Source of the DNA: Squalus acanthias
Taxonomy: Eukaryota
Direction of reading: 5' to 3'
NCBI GenBank assembly: GCA_030390025.1
Contig: CM059432.1
Location: 60,266,001-60,330,000 of the forward strand
DNA: 64,000 nucleotides
Numbering within the stretch: the stretch's first letter is position 1; every line of letters starts with the position of its first letter. This document shows positions 13,825 through 27,096 of this stretch, piece by piece. The notes below the pieces were generated by a model. It had not been told where the DNA came from and did not search any database. It saw only the letters and a program-made list of their open reading frames with translations. The translations under genes and the position numbers were made by a program.

Positions 13825-13901
13825 GGACAGTTGTTATCACAGTTGTTTAGAGCGTGGTGCTGATATCGCTAAGGGCACGGGTTTAATCTGTGTATGGGTC
13901 A
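13825..13901 (+). pseudogene. Degenerate tRNA-Ile-like sequence
   Basis: CAGTTGTTTAGAGCGTGGTGCTGATATCGCTAAGG...TGGGTCA aligns to recalled vertebrate tRNA-Ile. T arm and B box damaged; T runs follow. Confidence 0.7.
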
Positions 13902-14018
13902 TCAGCAGTTTATTTCTTACTTTTTCGGTTTCTCCTGATATTGAAAATCCAGACTTTACAAAAAATCTACACAAACTGTCAGGGGGAATCATAAGAGAAT
14001 ATTTTGTTCTTTAAAAAA

Positions 14019-14092
14019 TGCCGTGCTACGAATCGAACCCAGGCTCTCCTAGTATACTAAACAGGCGCTTTGACCAACTAAGCCCCAGAGCC
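14019..14092 (-). pseudogene. Degenerate tRNA-Thr(AGT)-like sequence
   Basis: Reverse complement GGCTCTGGGGCTTAGTTGGTCAAAGCGCCTGTTTAGTATACTAGGAGAGCCTGGGTTCGATTC..., immediately followed by T6. Acceptor stem is poorly paired. Confidence 0.75.
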
Positions 14093-17000
14093 AAGTCACG
14101 GCTGAAACTTCTTTGCTCCCCTCACTGATATCTGGTACCTGTGGTATCGCGTTCCACATTCCAACCACTCTTTGCATAAACAAGTTTTTCCTGAATTCCC
14201 TCCTGCATTTATTATTGAGGATCTTATATTTATGACATCTAGATTTACTTAGTGTGACTCAAGAGTACTGGCGGCTGCGGTTGTATAAAGCCCACTGTCA
14301 AAGACCCACACTCCGTACATGCACACCTGAGGTTGTATAATAGTGGGGACACTGGTGAAGGTTGCTGCATTGAGGGGGCACTGGTTGGGTTTATATGATA
14401 GAGTGGACCAGTACTTGCCGTTGTGCGGTAGTGAGGTGGGAAATATTTTGGTGAATTTGTCTGGAGCTGATTTTTCGGCCCAGTTGATTTGCTCCTTCCA
14501 GAAAACCAACCCCCCTCCATCCACGACAGGTTTTCACTTCCATCAGCTCATCCCCAAAACCCAGCTTTAAACTGCAATAAAAACACTGGAACCACACGGC
14601 GGGTCATTCAACATCTGTGGAGACAACAGACACGTTTATTTTAGGGATTTGGACCATTTTTTCACGGACCACCTGCAGTACCCTCGCGGACCACTGGTGG
14701 TCCGCGGACCACAGGTTGGGAAACACTGCTTTAGGCTTCGTATGGCATTGCATCCCCTGTGCCATCCAATGCTGATCGTTATTGTCAACCTGAATGTACA
14801 CAAGAGTGGGCCGTTGCAGATTCCCATTCTGATTTTCCATCTCGCTTGTAAGGAGACACCTGGCCTTCAGTACTTTGTTACAAAGCTTGCCCAAGATCAG
14901 GAGCTCAGCAAAGTAAGGAACTAAAACTGTGATGCAACTATTCTGTATTCCTGTGCATTCATGCTCAAACATGATCTTGTGCAATCTAATTGTTACTATA
15001 TTGCAATATGGTTGCTAAACTGTCAATTAGAGATATATGTTAACTGTGGTTAAAAAGAGGTGATATCTGTTATGTCTGAATAAACACTCAAATTGGTGGT
15101 AATAACTAACTGCTTGTATTTACAGTCCCTCTCGAAGATTCCCGTCAAAGAATAGCAAAAGCAACAAAAAAGTATAACTGCTACAAAGTGCTTACTCCTG
15201 TCAGGGGGCCATCTAGTGTTCAGTTAACACTACCTATCACTTTGGCAGGATCAACAGGGTGGATTTATCTCAAAAAAGTCATTGTCTGATGATACAGTGC
15301 ATTAGTATAGAACATGTGGTTGCATAGAGCAGTGGTTCTCAAACCCCAGGGGTCCATGGAGATGTTCCAGGGGGTCTGCAAAACATTGACCAATTATTCA
15401 TTGGAAAAGATCTCTGAAAAATTGCAGACTATAAAAATGAACCAGTGAGGAGGCAGGACCAGAATGTTCACGTTCGGGTTCTTTCCAATCATGGTTTCCC
15501 CACCGGGGGTCCGCGGCCCCCTAAGGGTTCACGAGAAGATTTCAAGGGGTCCGCCAAAATAAGTCTTAGATGATAGCAGGCAGAGCAGTGTTGCTCCCTG
15601 CCGTTAATCCGGGGATTCCCAGTGGCGGGTCAGTTTGCCTCTTGTGACAGGCAGAGTGGGCCGATCTGTGAGTGACGGTAAGAAACAGGATTATTCCCCG
15701 GGTTACAGGGGTCGCACTCTGTTACTGAGTGAACTCCGCTCTATTCAGGACGCGGCTCTGATAGCGCAGGTGTTGAGCTCTAATATATTATATTACACGA
15801 GAGTGACTTTAAAGTGTAACAATACTGGACTTAAGCGGGAGCAGCGGCAGCAACATAAAGAGTGGGAGAGAAGGCCCAGGACACAGCGGACCTGAGCGGC
15901 GATTTAAAGAACAAAAATAAACAAGGAGTGATGTCAGGACAGCAGGTAGGTGATTCGTTGGTGAGTATTACAGATTTTTTTCTTTAAACTAAGCTGTGGA
16001 ACTATAACTATTAGGTTATTAAATATTAACTTAACTAGATAAACAAATTAATTAATACAACTACAAATAATCGTTTGATTAAAAACTTTAACTAATTAAA
16101 TAAGCAAATAAGTAAAAAAAAGTCTAGAGATGGCAGGGCAGGTTATGTGTCGGGACTGTAGAATATAGGAGTTTGTGGACAGCGAGACTGTCCTGGATTC
16201 CCACATTTGCAGGAAATGTCTCTGCCTTCAGTCACTCCGGCTCAAAGTCATTGAGCTGGAGTGTGAGTTAGAGACACTTTGAAACATAAGGGAGGGGGAG
16301 GAATTTCTGGACAGTTTTATTCAGAATACAGTCACACCCCAGAGGCAAGCACAGGTTCAGGAAAGGGAGGGTGTGACTGTTAGGGAGCCGGGTAGTGGGG
16401 ATTTAGGAGAGGTTGAGAAGGAGGTCCCGCAGGCACTGGTCCTGTCCAATAGGTACGATGTACTCGCTACCTGTGAGGACAAGGAGAAAGACTGCGGGGA
16501 GGACAGCCACAATGCAGACCAAGGCACCGTGGCTCAGAAGGCAGTCCAAGGGGGGGAAGAGCAGAATAGAAATGTGGTAGTGATAGGGGATTCTATAATT
16601 AGGGGAAGAGATAGCGTCCTCTGCAGCCAAGAATGAGAATCCCAAAGGGTGTGTTGCCTACCCGGTGCCAGGGTAAGGGATATCTCATGGCGGCTGGAGT
16701 GGAATTTGGAAATCTAGTTGTCGTGGTCCATGTCGGAACAAACGACTTAGGTAGGAACAGGGAGGAGGTCCTGCTGAGGGAGTATCAGGAGTTGGGAGCT
16801 AAATTAAAAAGCAGGAACTCGAGGATAATAATCTCTGGATTATTGCCCGAGCCACTTGCAGATTGGCATAGAAATAGTCAGACCAGGAGAATTAACACGT
16901 GGCTAAAGGGATACTGTGGGAAAGAGGGGTGCCTTTTCATGGGACACTGGCACCAGTACTGGGATAGAAAGGAGCTGTACCAATGGGACAGGCTCCACCT

Positions 17001-17201
17001 GAACCGGGATGGGACCCGTGTCCTAGCAGAAAGGGTACATAGGGAGGTGGCAAAGGCTTTAAACTGGTAAGATGGGAGAGGGAGGGATCTACAAGAAATG
17101 AAACCAGCCTAAATATAAACAAAACAGGAAAGAAGAGCATAGAAAAGTGTAAAGTAAGGGAGGACATTGATGGCCAGGGAATAAATAGAGTTATAGAACA
17201 G

Positions 17202-17469
17202 GGAGGAGAAATTCGGTATTGCCCCGTTTGGGGCGCAATTATCGGCCGGGCGCAAAGTTTAGCACCTGGCGCTAATTATCGCCTCCGACTGCAAACTTGG
17301 CTTCTATCGCCCCTGGAGGTGATTGGAGCGCTAAATCAGGCGCTACACACCACTCTTAAGGCGCAAACATCAGGGAGCGGTAGTGTTTAGCGCTGCCGCA
17401 AAATGTCTGGTCAATTTCGCGAACAAAATTAGGGCGCTAATGAGGCGCAAAGCAACTGAATTTTCCCCC
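17202..17469. mobile_element. Short Harbinger MITE inside CR1
   Basis: TIRs GGAGGAGAAATTC / GAATTTTCCCCC, apparent CAG TSD, homologous to the left end of 44705-48808. Confidence 0.8.
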
Positions 17470-18045
17470 CAGGAGTTTAAAAAGATGGTTAAAAATAAAG
17501 TGAGAGGAACTGCTATTAAAAATGAGTTAATCTGTCTGTACAGCAATGCGCACAGTGTCCGTAATAAAACAGGGGAGCTGGAGGCAATCATGCGTTGCGA
17601 GGAACCAGACATAGTATGGAATACTGAGACATGGCTACAGAAAAATCATGACCGGGAATTAAAACTTGCAGGGTATAACATATTTAGAAAAGATAGAGAG
17701 GGAAAAAGGGGAGGTGGAGTAGCTGTTCTTATTAGGGATAACAAAATGGCAGTAGAAAAAAGTGACACAGCTATCAGCAAAACAGAAATAGAGTCCATGT
17801 GGATAGAGATAAAAGATAATAAAGGATCAATCACACTAATAGGGGTAGACTACAGACCACCTTTTATTGGAAGGGAGGTGGAGGAAGAAATATGCAAACT
17901 AATTAGGGAAATTAGTAAAAAACATAGAATAATAATCATGGGGGATTTCATCTACCCTGATATTATTTGGACAGAAGAGGTACGTAAAAGGGATAAGGGA
18001 CTGGAGTTCCTACAATGTGTACAGGACTCCTTTCTCACCCAATAT

Positions 18046-18222
18046 CTTTGATGTAAGGACACCTTCCCTGAAAGATTGTATCTCTGCAGTTTCTGTGTTT
18101 ATATTCTGTGAACTTTTGTAGATTTACTCATTGTAACTTTACCTGAGGAAGGGGCGATAGCTCCGAAAGCTTGTAATTTTAAATAAATCTGTTGGACTAT
18201 AACCTGGTGTTGTGCGACTTCT
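18046..18222 (+). mobile_element. Penelope-like 3' end (pLTR) fragment inside CR1 ORF2
   Basis: 6-bp TSD CAATAT (18040-18045, 18223-18228); hammerhead core followed by AATAAA and a GTTGGACTATAACCTGGTGT tail. Confidence 0.75.
18139..18176 (+). ncRNA. Minimal type I hammerhead ribozyme motif
   Basis: TTAC-CTGAGGA-a-GGGGC(GATA)GCTCC-GAAA-GCTT-GTAA: CUGANGA and GAAA cores, stems I and II, AGCT palindrome replacing stem III. Confidence 0.75.
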
Positions 18223-19845
18223 CAATATGTAAAAAGCCCAACAAGGGAGGATTCGCTATTGGATCTATTAATGGGGAATGAACCAAAGCAGATAAGAGAA
18301 GGAAAAGTAGGGGAACATCTAGGCAATAGTGACCATAATATTATACGTTTTAAGATAATAATTGAGAAAGACACAAGTATGACAAAGACCAGGGTAATAG
18401 ATTGGAGAAAAGCTGATTTTGAGGGGCTGAGAATAGAACTTGGGAAAATAAAATGGACAACAATGTTGGCAAACAGTGAGGTACAACAGCAATGGGAAAC
18501 ATTTAAAACGGTGTTCAACAGAGTCCAGGAAAAATATATTCTGCTAAAAAACAAGAACAAGCTAAACACTAATGAGACACCGTGGATGAATAAAACCATA
18601 AGGGGAAAATTGAGGGTAAGGAAAGAGGCATACATTAAGTACATGGACAACAGGGAAGAGCATAATAAGGGGGAATATGAAGAGATTAGAAAAGAAGTCA
18701 AAAAACAATTAGGAAGGCAAAGAGGAACTATGAAATTAAATTATTAAGGAACATAAAACAAAATAGTAAAATATTTTACAGGCACATCAATAAAAAAAGG
18801 AAGGTTGGGATGTGAATAGGGCCACTAAGGGATGGACAGGATAATACCACAGGCAGCGATAGAGAGATGGCAGAAATATTAAATAATTACTTTGCTTCAG
18901 TATTTACCAGGGAGATAGAACAGGTGGACATGACATAGGATGATGAGATTAGTAATGAGATAAGTGCAATTAAAATAAAACGAGAAGATATATTAAATAA
19001 ACTAATGAAACTCAAAGAGGATAAAACCCCTGGTCCTGACTGATTACACTCGCGCATTTTAAAAGAATCTAGGGAAGAGAAAGCAGAGGCATTACTACAC
19101 ATATTTAGTAATTCATTAGAAAAAGAGGACTGGCGGATAGCTAACGTAATACCTATATTTAAGAGGGGAGATAGAAAATGTCCAGGGAACTATAGACCAG
19201 TAAGCTTAACATCGGTGGTAGGAAAAATAATGGAATCCCTACTCAAGGAGAAAATAGAAGAACATCTAGAAACCAAAAATACAATAATAAATAGTCAGCA
19301 TGGATTTCAAAAGGGAAAGTCTTGCTTGACCAACCTCATTGAATTTTTTGAAGAGGTAACAGAGAGAGTAGACAAGGGTAATGCAGTAGATGTAATTTAT
19401 CTAGATTTTCAAAAGGCCTTCGATAAGGTACCCCATGATAGACTGATGAATAAGGTCAAGGAATGCGGAGTCAGGGGACAAGTAGCAGAATGGATAGTTA
19501 GCTGGCTTCAAGACAGAAAGCAGAGAGTAGGGGTAAAGGGTAGCTATTCAGAGTATCAGAAGGTGGGTAGTGGTGTTCCACAAGGATCAGTGCTGGGACC
19601 ACTGTTGTTCACAATTTATATTAACGATTTAGACTTTGGAATCAAAAACACAATTTCTAAATTTGCGGACAACACCAAATTAGGGGAATAGTCAATACTG
19701 AGGAGGACTGCATCAAATTACAAGAAGACATTAATAAACTTGCAGAATGGGCATATAATTGACAAATGAAATTCAACACAGGTAAATGTGAGGTATTACA
19801 TTTTGGTAAGAAAAATTGGGAGGTCACTTATTACTTGGAAACTAA

Positions 19846-20593
19846 GGGGGAGAAATTCACTATCGCCTTGCTTGGGGACGCTAATTTTTAAAAGTTTGAA
19901 AAGTTAGCACCAGGCACGATTTCAAACTTTTGAAAAATTCGCCGTTTGCGCTCCAAAAAGTAAGTGGAGAACTAACTCAAGCTCTCCACTTCCTTCTTGG
20001 AGCGCAATCGGCAGCAGGCGGGGCGGAGACTTCAGTAGCACTACACACTGGGCCGCACAGCGCTGCCGCGTTCAAAGGCTCCTTCCCTCCCTTAAAGGGA
20101 AGGGCCATCGCTGCAGGCTGTGCAATCTAAAAAGTACCTACCTGGACCACCAAGGCAGCCGCGATCTTGCGCAATCAGCCCGGCACTCAAGCAGAGTGCC
20201 GGGCTGATCGATCATGGGCAGGAACCCGCGAAAAAAACTGGAACAAGAAAGGTAAGTTTTTTTTTACTTACCTCGGCCACCTCGCCTTTACTCACCACCC
20301 CCGAAGCGGCCGGCCACCCAATGCACGCCTCCTGCAGCTGTCGGTGTTTTTGACCGGCGCTGCTGCAGGGGGGCGGAATTCAACTTCGGGTCCGGGGTGC
20401 TACCGGGGCGATGCACACGCTGATGATGTCTCAATCTCTGGGCGAAAGAGATCGGGGTGCAACGTTGTAGCGCCGCCGCAAAACTCTTGCCGAATATGGT
20501 GGAAGTTGATATCCATGCTGTGCCCAGTCGCAAAGGCATTTGCGCCCCCCGGGGGCGCTAATGGGAAGTGCAAGGGTACCCAATTTCGCCCCC
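19846..20593. mobile_element. Harbinger MITE inside CR1 ORF2
   Basis: TIRs GGGGGAGAAATT / AATTTCGCCCCC with TAA TSD on both sides; CR1 sequence resumes afterwards. Confidence 0.9.
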
Positions 20594-22271
20594 TAAGAAT
20601 CTAAATGGGGTAGAGGAGCAAAGGGATCTCGGAGTACAAATACACAAATCACTAAACGTATCAACACAGGTTAACAAGGCCATTAAAAAAGCAAACCAAG
20701 CACTAGGGTTTATTTCTAGAGGGATAGAAGTAGTGAAGTTATGCTAAACTTGTATTGAACCTTGGTTAGACCACACTTGGAGTATTACGTACAAATCTGG
20801 TCGCCATATTATAAAAAGGATATAGAGGCACTGGAGAGGGTGTAGAGAAGATTTACAAGGATGATACCAGAAATGCAAGGGTATATCTATCAGGAAATGA
20901 TGAACAGGCTGGGTCTCTTTTCTCTGGAAAAGAGAAGGCTGAGGGGTGACCTAATAGAGATCTTTAAAATCATGAAAGGTTTTGACAGAGCAGATACAGA
21001 GAGAGTGTTTCCAATTGTGGGGAAGAGCAAAACTAGAGACCATCAATATAAGATAGTCACCAAGAAATCAAATAGGGAATTCAGAAGAAACTTCTTTACC
21101 CAGAGAGTGGTGAGAATGTGGAACTCACTACCACAGGGAATGGTTGAAGCGAATAGCATAGATGCATTTAAGGGGCGGTTATATAAGCAGATGATGGAGA
21201 AGGGAATAGAGGGTTATGCTGATAGAGTTAGATGAGGAAAGATGGGAGGAGGCTCGAGTGGAGCATAAACGCCAGCATGGACTGGTTGGGCCGAATGGCC
21301 TGTTTCTGTGCTGTATATCCGATGTAATCCTATGTAATAATGGTTTGTAACTCAGCAGAGAGCAGGAACGAGCTCTGCAGAGCAGAGATTGGAGCCGTCT
21401 GTCCATTTAATGTTCACTTATCAGCCCTATTTTACCATCTGTGCTCCAGGCTCTACAATCATTTACTTTCAGTTTCATGGGAGGCCGTTTAGTTTATTAA
21501 ACCAGGACCGACAGGAACATGGAGGGCAGATTACTGTCAGCATCAGATCCCAGGGGTCCTTCAACCAAAAAATGTTGAGAACCACTGGCATAGAGTGCCG
21601 GGATGCATGTTTGATCCAGCATATGTTGATTGCCTAATCTCAAATGCCTTACTATGGGCAGGTGTCGAAGAAGTGCCAGATGAACGGACTGTCATCCTGG
21701 ATAAGGAACCTGTTCAGAGTAACATTGGTAGAGGTTTGGGAGTAGATCTGTTACTTGCCCCTTTTGGCCAGGTAGGATAAAAAAGGGAAAAAGGAGTTTA
21801 TCCTAAGAAGAAATAATTACCTAGGCTTCTCGAACACCTTCTAATGGCCAAAGCTGGAACAGACCTGAGAGTATATTGTTAGCCCACCCTATCTCAGTAA
21901 AGAATTGCATTAGTGCACTTGAATTATGCACCTACACTGATTATATAATTTGTACAGTGCTTCATTTTCATAAAAAATAAAACTTCTGGTTTACTGTTTG
22001 AAGATCATTGAACTCATTTAAACGCTACAGGGCTGCCAATGATTTTTGTGTTAAAGGTTGGCCCTATGATGTAATCACTTCAATCTTCACAATCTCTACT
22101 TTTCATTCTCTGCAAAATTGGACTTTAAAGCTGGCTATCAGTCAATGAAACGCTTTTACTTTTAAGAAAAAAATTGCTCCCACCTCCAAAATTCTTCTTT
22201 TATATAAAAAGAAACACAATAGTACAAATGAAACAATTTAAGAATGCTGCAACTCTGTCATCTGTACTTAC

Positions 22272-22431
22272 CCTGACTTCTTGACGTTTCTCCCTTCTAT
22301 CATGAATCACTTTCCGGTGCTCTTCCTGCATAAGTGCACCCCTTTTTTTAGCTTTTTCAAATTCTGTCTTCAAGTTAGCGTTGATGAGCGCAGCATTGTT
22401 GTGCTTGAACTCTACCACATCTAGAATCGGT
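22272..22431 (-). CDS. ccdc178: Coiled-coil host gene exon (CCDC178-like), 160 nt, phase 2->0
   Basis: ctttcaag|A CCG...GTC AGG|gtaagt encodes PILDVVEFKHNNAALINANLKTEFEKAKKR...RQEVR. Joins 38720-38865 in frame and aligns without gaps to the recalled CCDC178 C-terminal region. Confidence 0.7.
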
Positions 22432-24408
22432 CTTGAAAGAATAGATACACAAATATAACTAAGACTGAAAAGCTGATTTGTTTGCAAAAACGTCACCATA
22501 GGAAATCAAAGTCTTTGCAGACATTTATTACAGCTACTTCAGTATAATACGAAAGTTGCAAACTTATAACCTAAACTTCTTTAAACATTTTTGATAGTAT
22601 TCTACTTGTATTTCACCCTTTCTATCAAGGTTGAAGTACAACTCTGAACAGCATGGACAAAAATGGCCAAAGCACAAAACAAATTTAAAATACTCTGTGT
22701 GACATAAGAACTTAAGAAATAGGAGCAGGAGTAGGCCATTTGGCCCTTCGAGCCTGCTCCGCCATTCAGTAAGATCACGGCTGATCTTCGCCTCATTTCA
22801 CTTTCCTGCACTATCCCCATATCCCTTGATTCCCTTAATATCCAAAAATCTATCGATCTCTGTCTTGAATATACTCAACGACTGAGCCTCCACAGCCCTC
22901 TGGGGTAGAGAATTCCAAAGATTCACCACCCTCTGAGTGAAGAAATTTCTCCTCATCTCAGTCCTAAATGGCCGACCCCTTATTCTGAGACTGTGACCCC
23001 AGCCAGGGGAAACATCCTCCCTGCATCTACCCTGTCAAGCCCTGTAAGAATTTTGTATGTTTCAATGAAATCACCTCTCATTCTTCTAAACTCTAGAGAA
23101 TATAGGCCTAGTCTACTCAATCTCTCCTCACAGGACAATCCCCCCATCCCAGGAACCAGTCTGGTGAACCTTCGTTGCACTCCCTCTATGGCAAGTTTAT
23201 CCTTCCTTAGGAAAGGAGACCAAAACCGTACACAATACTCCAGGTGTGGTCTCACCAGGGCCCTATATAATTGCAGTAAGACGTCTTTACTCTTATACTC
23301 AAATCTTCTTGTAATGAAGGCCAACATACCATTTGCTTTCCTAATTGCTTGCCGTACCTGCATGTTAACTTTCAGTGATTCGTGTACAAGGACACCCAGG
23401 TCCCTCTGAACAGCAACATTTCTCAATCTCTCACCATTTAAAAAATACTCTGCTTTTCTATTTTTCCTACCAAAGTGGATAACTTCACATTTCTCCACAT
23501 TATATTCCACTTGCCATGTTCTTGCTCACTCACTTAGCCTATCTATATTCCCTTGAAGCCTCCTTGCATCCTCCTCACAACATACATTCCCACCCAGTTT
23601 AGTATCATCAGCAAACTTGGATATATTACTGTTGGTCCCCTCATCCAAATCATTGATGTAGATTGTGAATAGCTGAGGCCCAAGCACTGATCCTTGCGGT
23701 ACCCCACTAGTTACAGCCTACCAACCCGAAAATGACCCTTTATTCCTACTCTCTGTTTTCTGTCCGTTAACCAATCCTCAATCCATGCTAGTATATTACC
23801 CCCAATCCCATGAGCCCTAATTTTGTTTAATAACCTCTTGTGTGGCACCTTATCGAATGCCTTCTGAAAATCCAAATACATCACATCCACTGGTTCCCCC
23901 TTATCTATTCTGCTAGTTACAACCTCAAAAAACTCAACAGATTTGTCAAACACGATTTCCCTTTCATAAATCCGTGTTGACCCTACCCAATCCTATTATT
24001 ATTTTCTAAGTGCCCTGTTACCACGTCCTTAATAATACATTCTAGTATTTTCTCTGCTACTGATGTCAGGCTAACTGCTCTGTAGTTCCCCATTTTCTTT
24101 CTCCCTCCTTTCTTAAATAGTGGGTTTACATTTGCTACCTTCCAATCTGCGGGAACCATTCCAGAACCTATGGAATATTGGAAAATGACAACCAATGCAT
24201 CCACTATCTCTATAGCCACCTCTTTCAAGACCCTAGGATGTAGGCCATCAGGTTCAGGGGATTTATCAGCTTTCAGTCCCATTAATTTCTCCAGTACTAT
24301 TTTTTTACTAATACTAATTTCTTTCAGTTTCTCATTCTCGCTAGAGCCTTGGTTCTCCACTATTTCCAGGAAGTTTTTTGTGTCTTCTTCCATGAAGACA
24401 GACACAAA

Positions 24409-27096
24409 GGCCACGATTTTACTAATGGAGGTAGGTTGAGTGCGGGTCCGCTGCTCGGAGGCTTTCCGACCCGCTCCTGGCTGCCGCCTCCCAGAACATA
24501 CTATATTCGTTTGGTTGGCCTCGTTACGGCTGACGTGCTGGTCCCTCCAGGCAATGGCTTGGAGGCTGTCAGTTTCTCGCGTCTGATGACGCGTTGTTTG
24601 GATGAAAATTTAAAGGGGCCATGTCCCCTTTGGGAAAAATGTCAATGGGATGGATTGGTGCTGTATTACAGGAAACTCTCGTTTAAACGGCACCTAAATA
24701 TCCGGAATTCTCTATTAGCCGGCAAAATTCATACTCCGAAAACACCTCAATAACCGGAAATGTTGCAGAGTCCGAGTCCGAGTCTCCCGCGGTGGCCGAG
24801 TTAATCAGTGGGGTAGTTCTCCAAACAGCCACTACTCGGCTTCTTGGCGCTGTCGGAAGTCCGAACACCTCAATAACAGGAGTCTGACTCTTTGTTTGTT
24901 AAAAATAGCCTCGGTAGATAACCCTCTCCGTTATCCGGAATTTTTAATCAACCGGCACCATCCTGTAGGTGCCGGATACCAAAGAGTTTCCTGTATATAG
25001 AAAGGGGAGTTGACAGCGTCTGTTCTGAACAAAATTTAATGAATGAAATTGCTGGTCATATTATTCCAGAAAGATATTTATGATTTTTTTATATTTCAAT
25101 TTATTGGGCCGTATTTTCCGATCGGAGGCTTCCCACGTGCGGAAGCCTCCGATCTGGAAAAAATCTACGCACTTGCCTGAGGGCTCCCGAGGTGCGTATA
25201 GTTCCAATGCTGGGCCTCTCGAACTCCAAGTGTGCAGGGCCCACGTATCCCAGGGGCGCATACGGTTCGCAAGCGTCTCTGGGATCACGTGGACCATGGG
25301 GAGCCAATCAAAGAAGGGAATCTCCCTTCATACACTTGACAGATAGACCTGTCAAATATATGAATGGAGATCATCCCAAAAACACTTCAAAACATTAAAT
25401 AATTTTTAAAAAATCACATTTTAAAATTAGATGAAATTACAATAAATTAAATATTTTAAACAAAAATTTAATTTTTTGAAAAAAATAATTAAAGTTTTTT
25501 ACAGGGCTAAAAACAAACTTACCTTTTTTTAAAAGTATTTTTAAATGATAGATGTCTGAAATTTTTTTTAAAACTGTTTTTTACCAGGCGTAAGAATTCT
25601 AAAGATTTTCTGCGGGCGGAGGGGCTCCAGAAAGCGGAACTCTCCCTCCGCAGAGGCCCTTCTCTAGGGCAGGTGTCCAATCTGTCAAGAGCATTCTTGA
25701 CAGATCGGAAATACCGGTTTTCAGCGCATGCCATAGGGATCGGAGTATCAGGGCTATTATCTGACTATGAAATGAAAAAGATGCCAGATTTGTTCCAATC
25801 ATTGGCTGAGTGATATTAATGCTTTTTTCTCTGAAAGGTGCTGGCTACTGCAGGAACGGCAGCCCCAATAACTAAGGCTGCACCCCAGGTTCAATGAGGG
25901 CTCCCTCCATGCTCTTGTTGAGGGAGTTAGAGGATGTCAGGAGCTCCTCTTCCCTGGAACCGGAAGGAGGAGGCCTCCTCAGCAAACCAAGGCAGCTTGC
26001 TGCAAATTGCTGAGGAGGGAAGCTCAAGGTCTGTGTGCAGACGCACATGGGTTCAGTGTGGAAAAAGGTTTAATGATCTGCTGAGATCACCTAAAGTGTG
26101 GCCTCTGTGTTCTGGGAAATGGAAGTTCAAGAGTGAGGGCTCAGGGTGATTTCCATGTAGAATGTTGTTGGTGACACTGAGCGCAAACCACCGTTTATTG
26201 GACAGATGAAGCCAGTTTTGAGAATGTCGGACTTATATTCATAACTATGTGCCAGCCACCTGTGGTTGAAGTGTAAGCTTACGCGAATCTGGCATGGATG
26301 AGTGCATCCCTTGCCTAATGGCTAGCAATGTGGTCGCCTACTGCTGGATTGGCCACATTCGGCCCCACAAGGTGTCACTCCCCGTCCTCCTCCTCATCCT
26401 CTTCCTCGTCCTATTCATCGTCCTCTTCATCTTCCTCTTCATCTTCCTCCAAGGAGGCTGTGTGCTGAGCCATTTGTTCATCAGGCAGCACCAAGCCGCG
26501 CTGCTCTTCCTCCGAATCTGACGACTAGGATGAAAGGATGTAAATGGTTCCCATCCCGTTGTTATAGATTTCAGTTGAGGCAAGAAGCTTGCAAGCACAC
26601 GCTCAAAGTGGCCTGAAATTATTCCAATCCGTTCAAACAGCAGATGTGTGTCAGCTTGACCAGTCACAAGGTCAGTAGATTTACAAAATCTTATCCCAAA
26701 CCTCCAACAACAAAGTTATTGCATTTGAATGCCAGCCATGTTACAGGAGCACTTTTAAAGTTCTGCACCAATAATGACTACAGATCATGTCCTCAACCAA
26801 CTCGTCTCCTTGCAGCAGGACTGTTTCTGACACAATGGGAAACAGGAGCCAGAGGCACAAAAATAGGAAACCTCTGTCAAAATAGGATTATCAAGGCAGT
26901 TAACAGGCTCTTAACTGCCTCAACTACCTGTCCCACCGGCTGGAGTCGGGTCAGTTTGGGAGCAGCTGAACAGACACTCACGAAAATTGCGTGGGGGCGG
27001 GATGGAGGCGGGTTGGGTGTCTGAAGCCTTTTTTTCCGATTTTAGCAGCTGACACGCCTCCAAACCCGCCTCCTCGGGGCTGTTAAAATCGAGCCC
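24409..27096. mobile_element. Non-autonomous Harbinger derivative with nested MITEs
   Basis: TIRs GGCCACGATTTT / AAAATCGAGCCC with AAA TSD. Myb exon-1 remnant (RRTWVQCGKRFNDL, about 25850-26095). Right part homologous to 1490-2397. Confidence 0.8.
24669..24993. mobile_element. Tc1/mariner-pogo type MITE
   Basis: TIRs CAGGAAACTCT / AGAGTTTCCTG flanked by TA on both sides. Confidence 0.8.

Larger units (their letters stand above)
12584..14728 (-). mobile_element. Non-autonomous hAT (Charlie-like) element with cargo
   Basis: TIRs CAGCGGTTCCCAACCT / AGGTTGGGAAACACTG; perfect 8-bp TSD CTTTAGGC at 12576-12583 and 14729-14736. Confidence 0.9.
15830..21335 (+). mobile_element. Near full-length CR1 LINE, disrupted (ORF1 about 16130-17070; ORF2 APE-RT to 21235)
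   Basis: ORF1 CxxC plus VIGDSIIRG and VHVGTND. ORF2 motifs [40 protein letters not shown] and RNFFTQRVV. Stops and three insertions. Confidence 0.95.
15330..21587. mobile_element. hAT (Charlie-like) MITE split by a full-length CR1
   Basis: TIRs CAGTGGTTCTCAA / TTGAGAACCACTG; 8-bp TSD GCATAGAG at 15322-15329 and 21588-21595. Confidence 0.9.

Noticed and set aside
22080..22109. Possible short terminal exon RMKSRDCED*
   Set aside because: Too short to distinguish from chance; would truncate the expected C-terminus.
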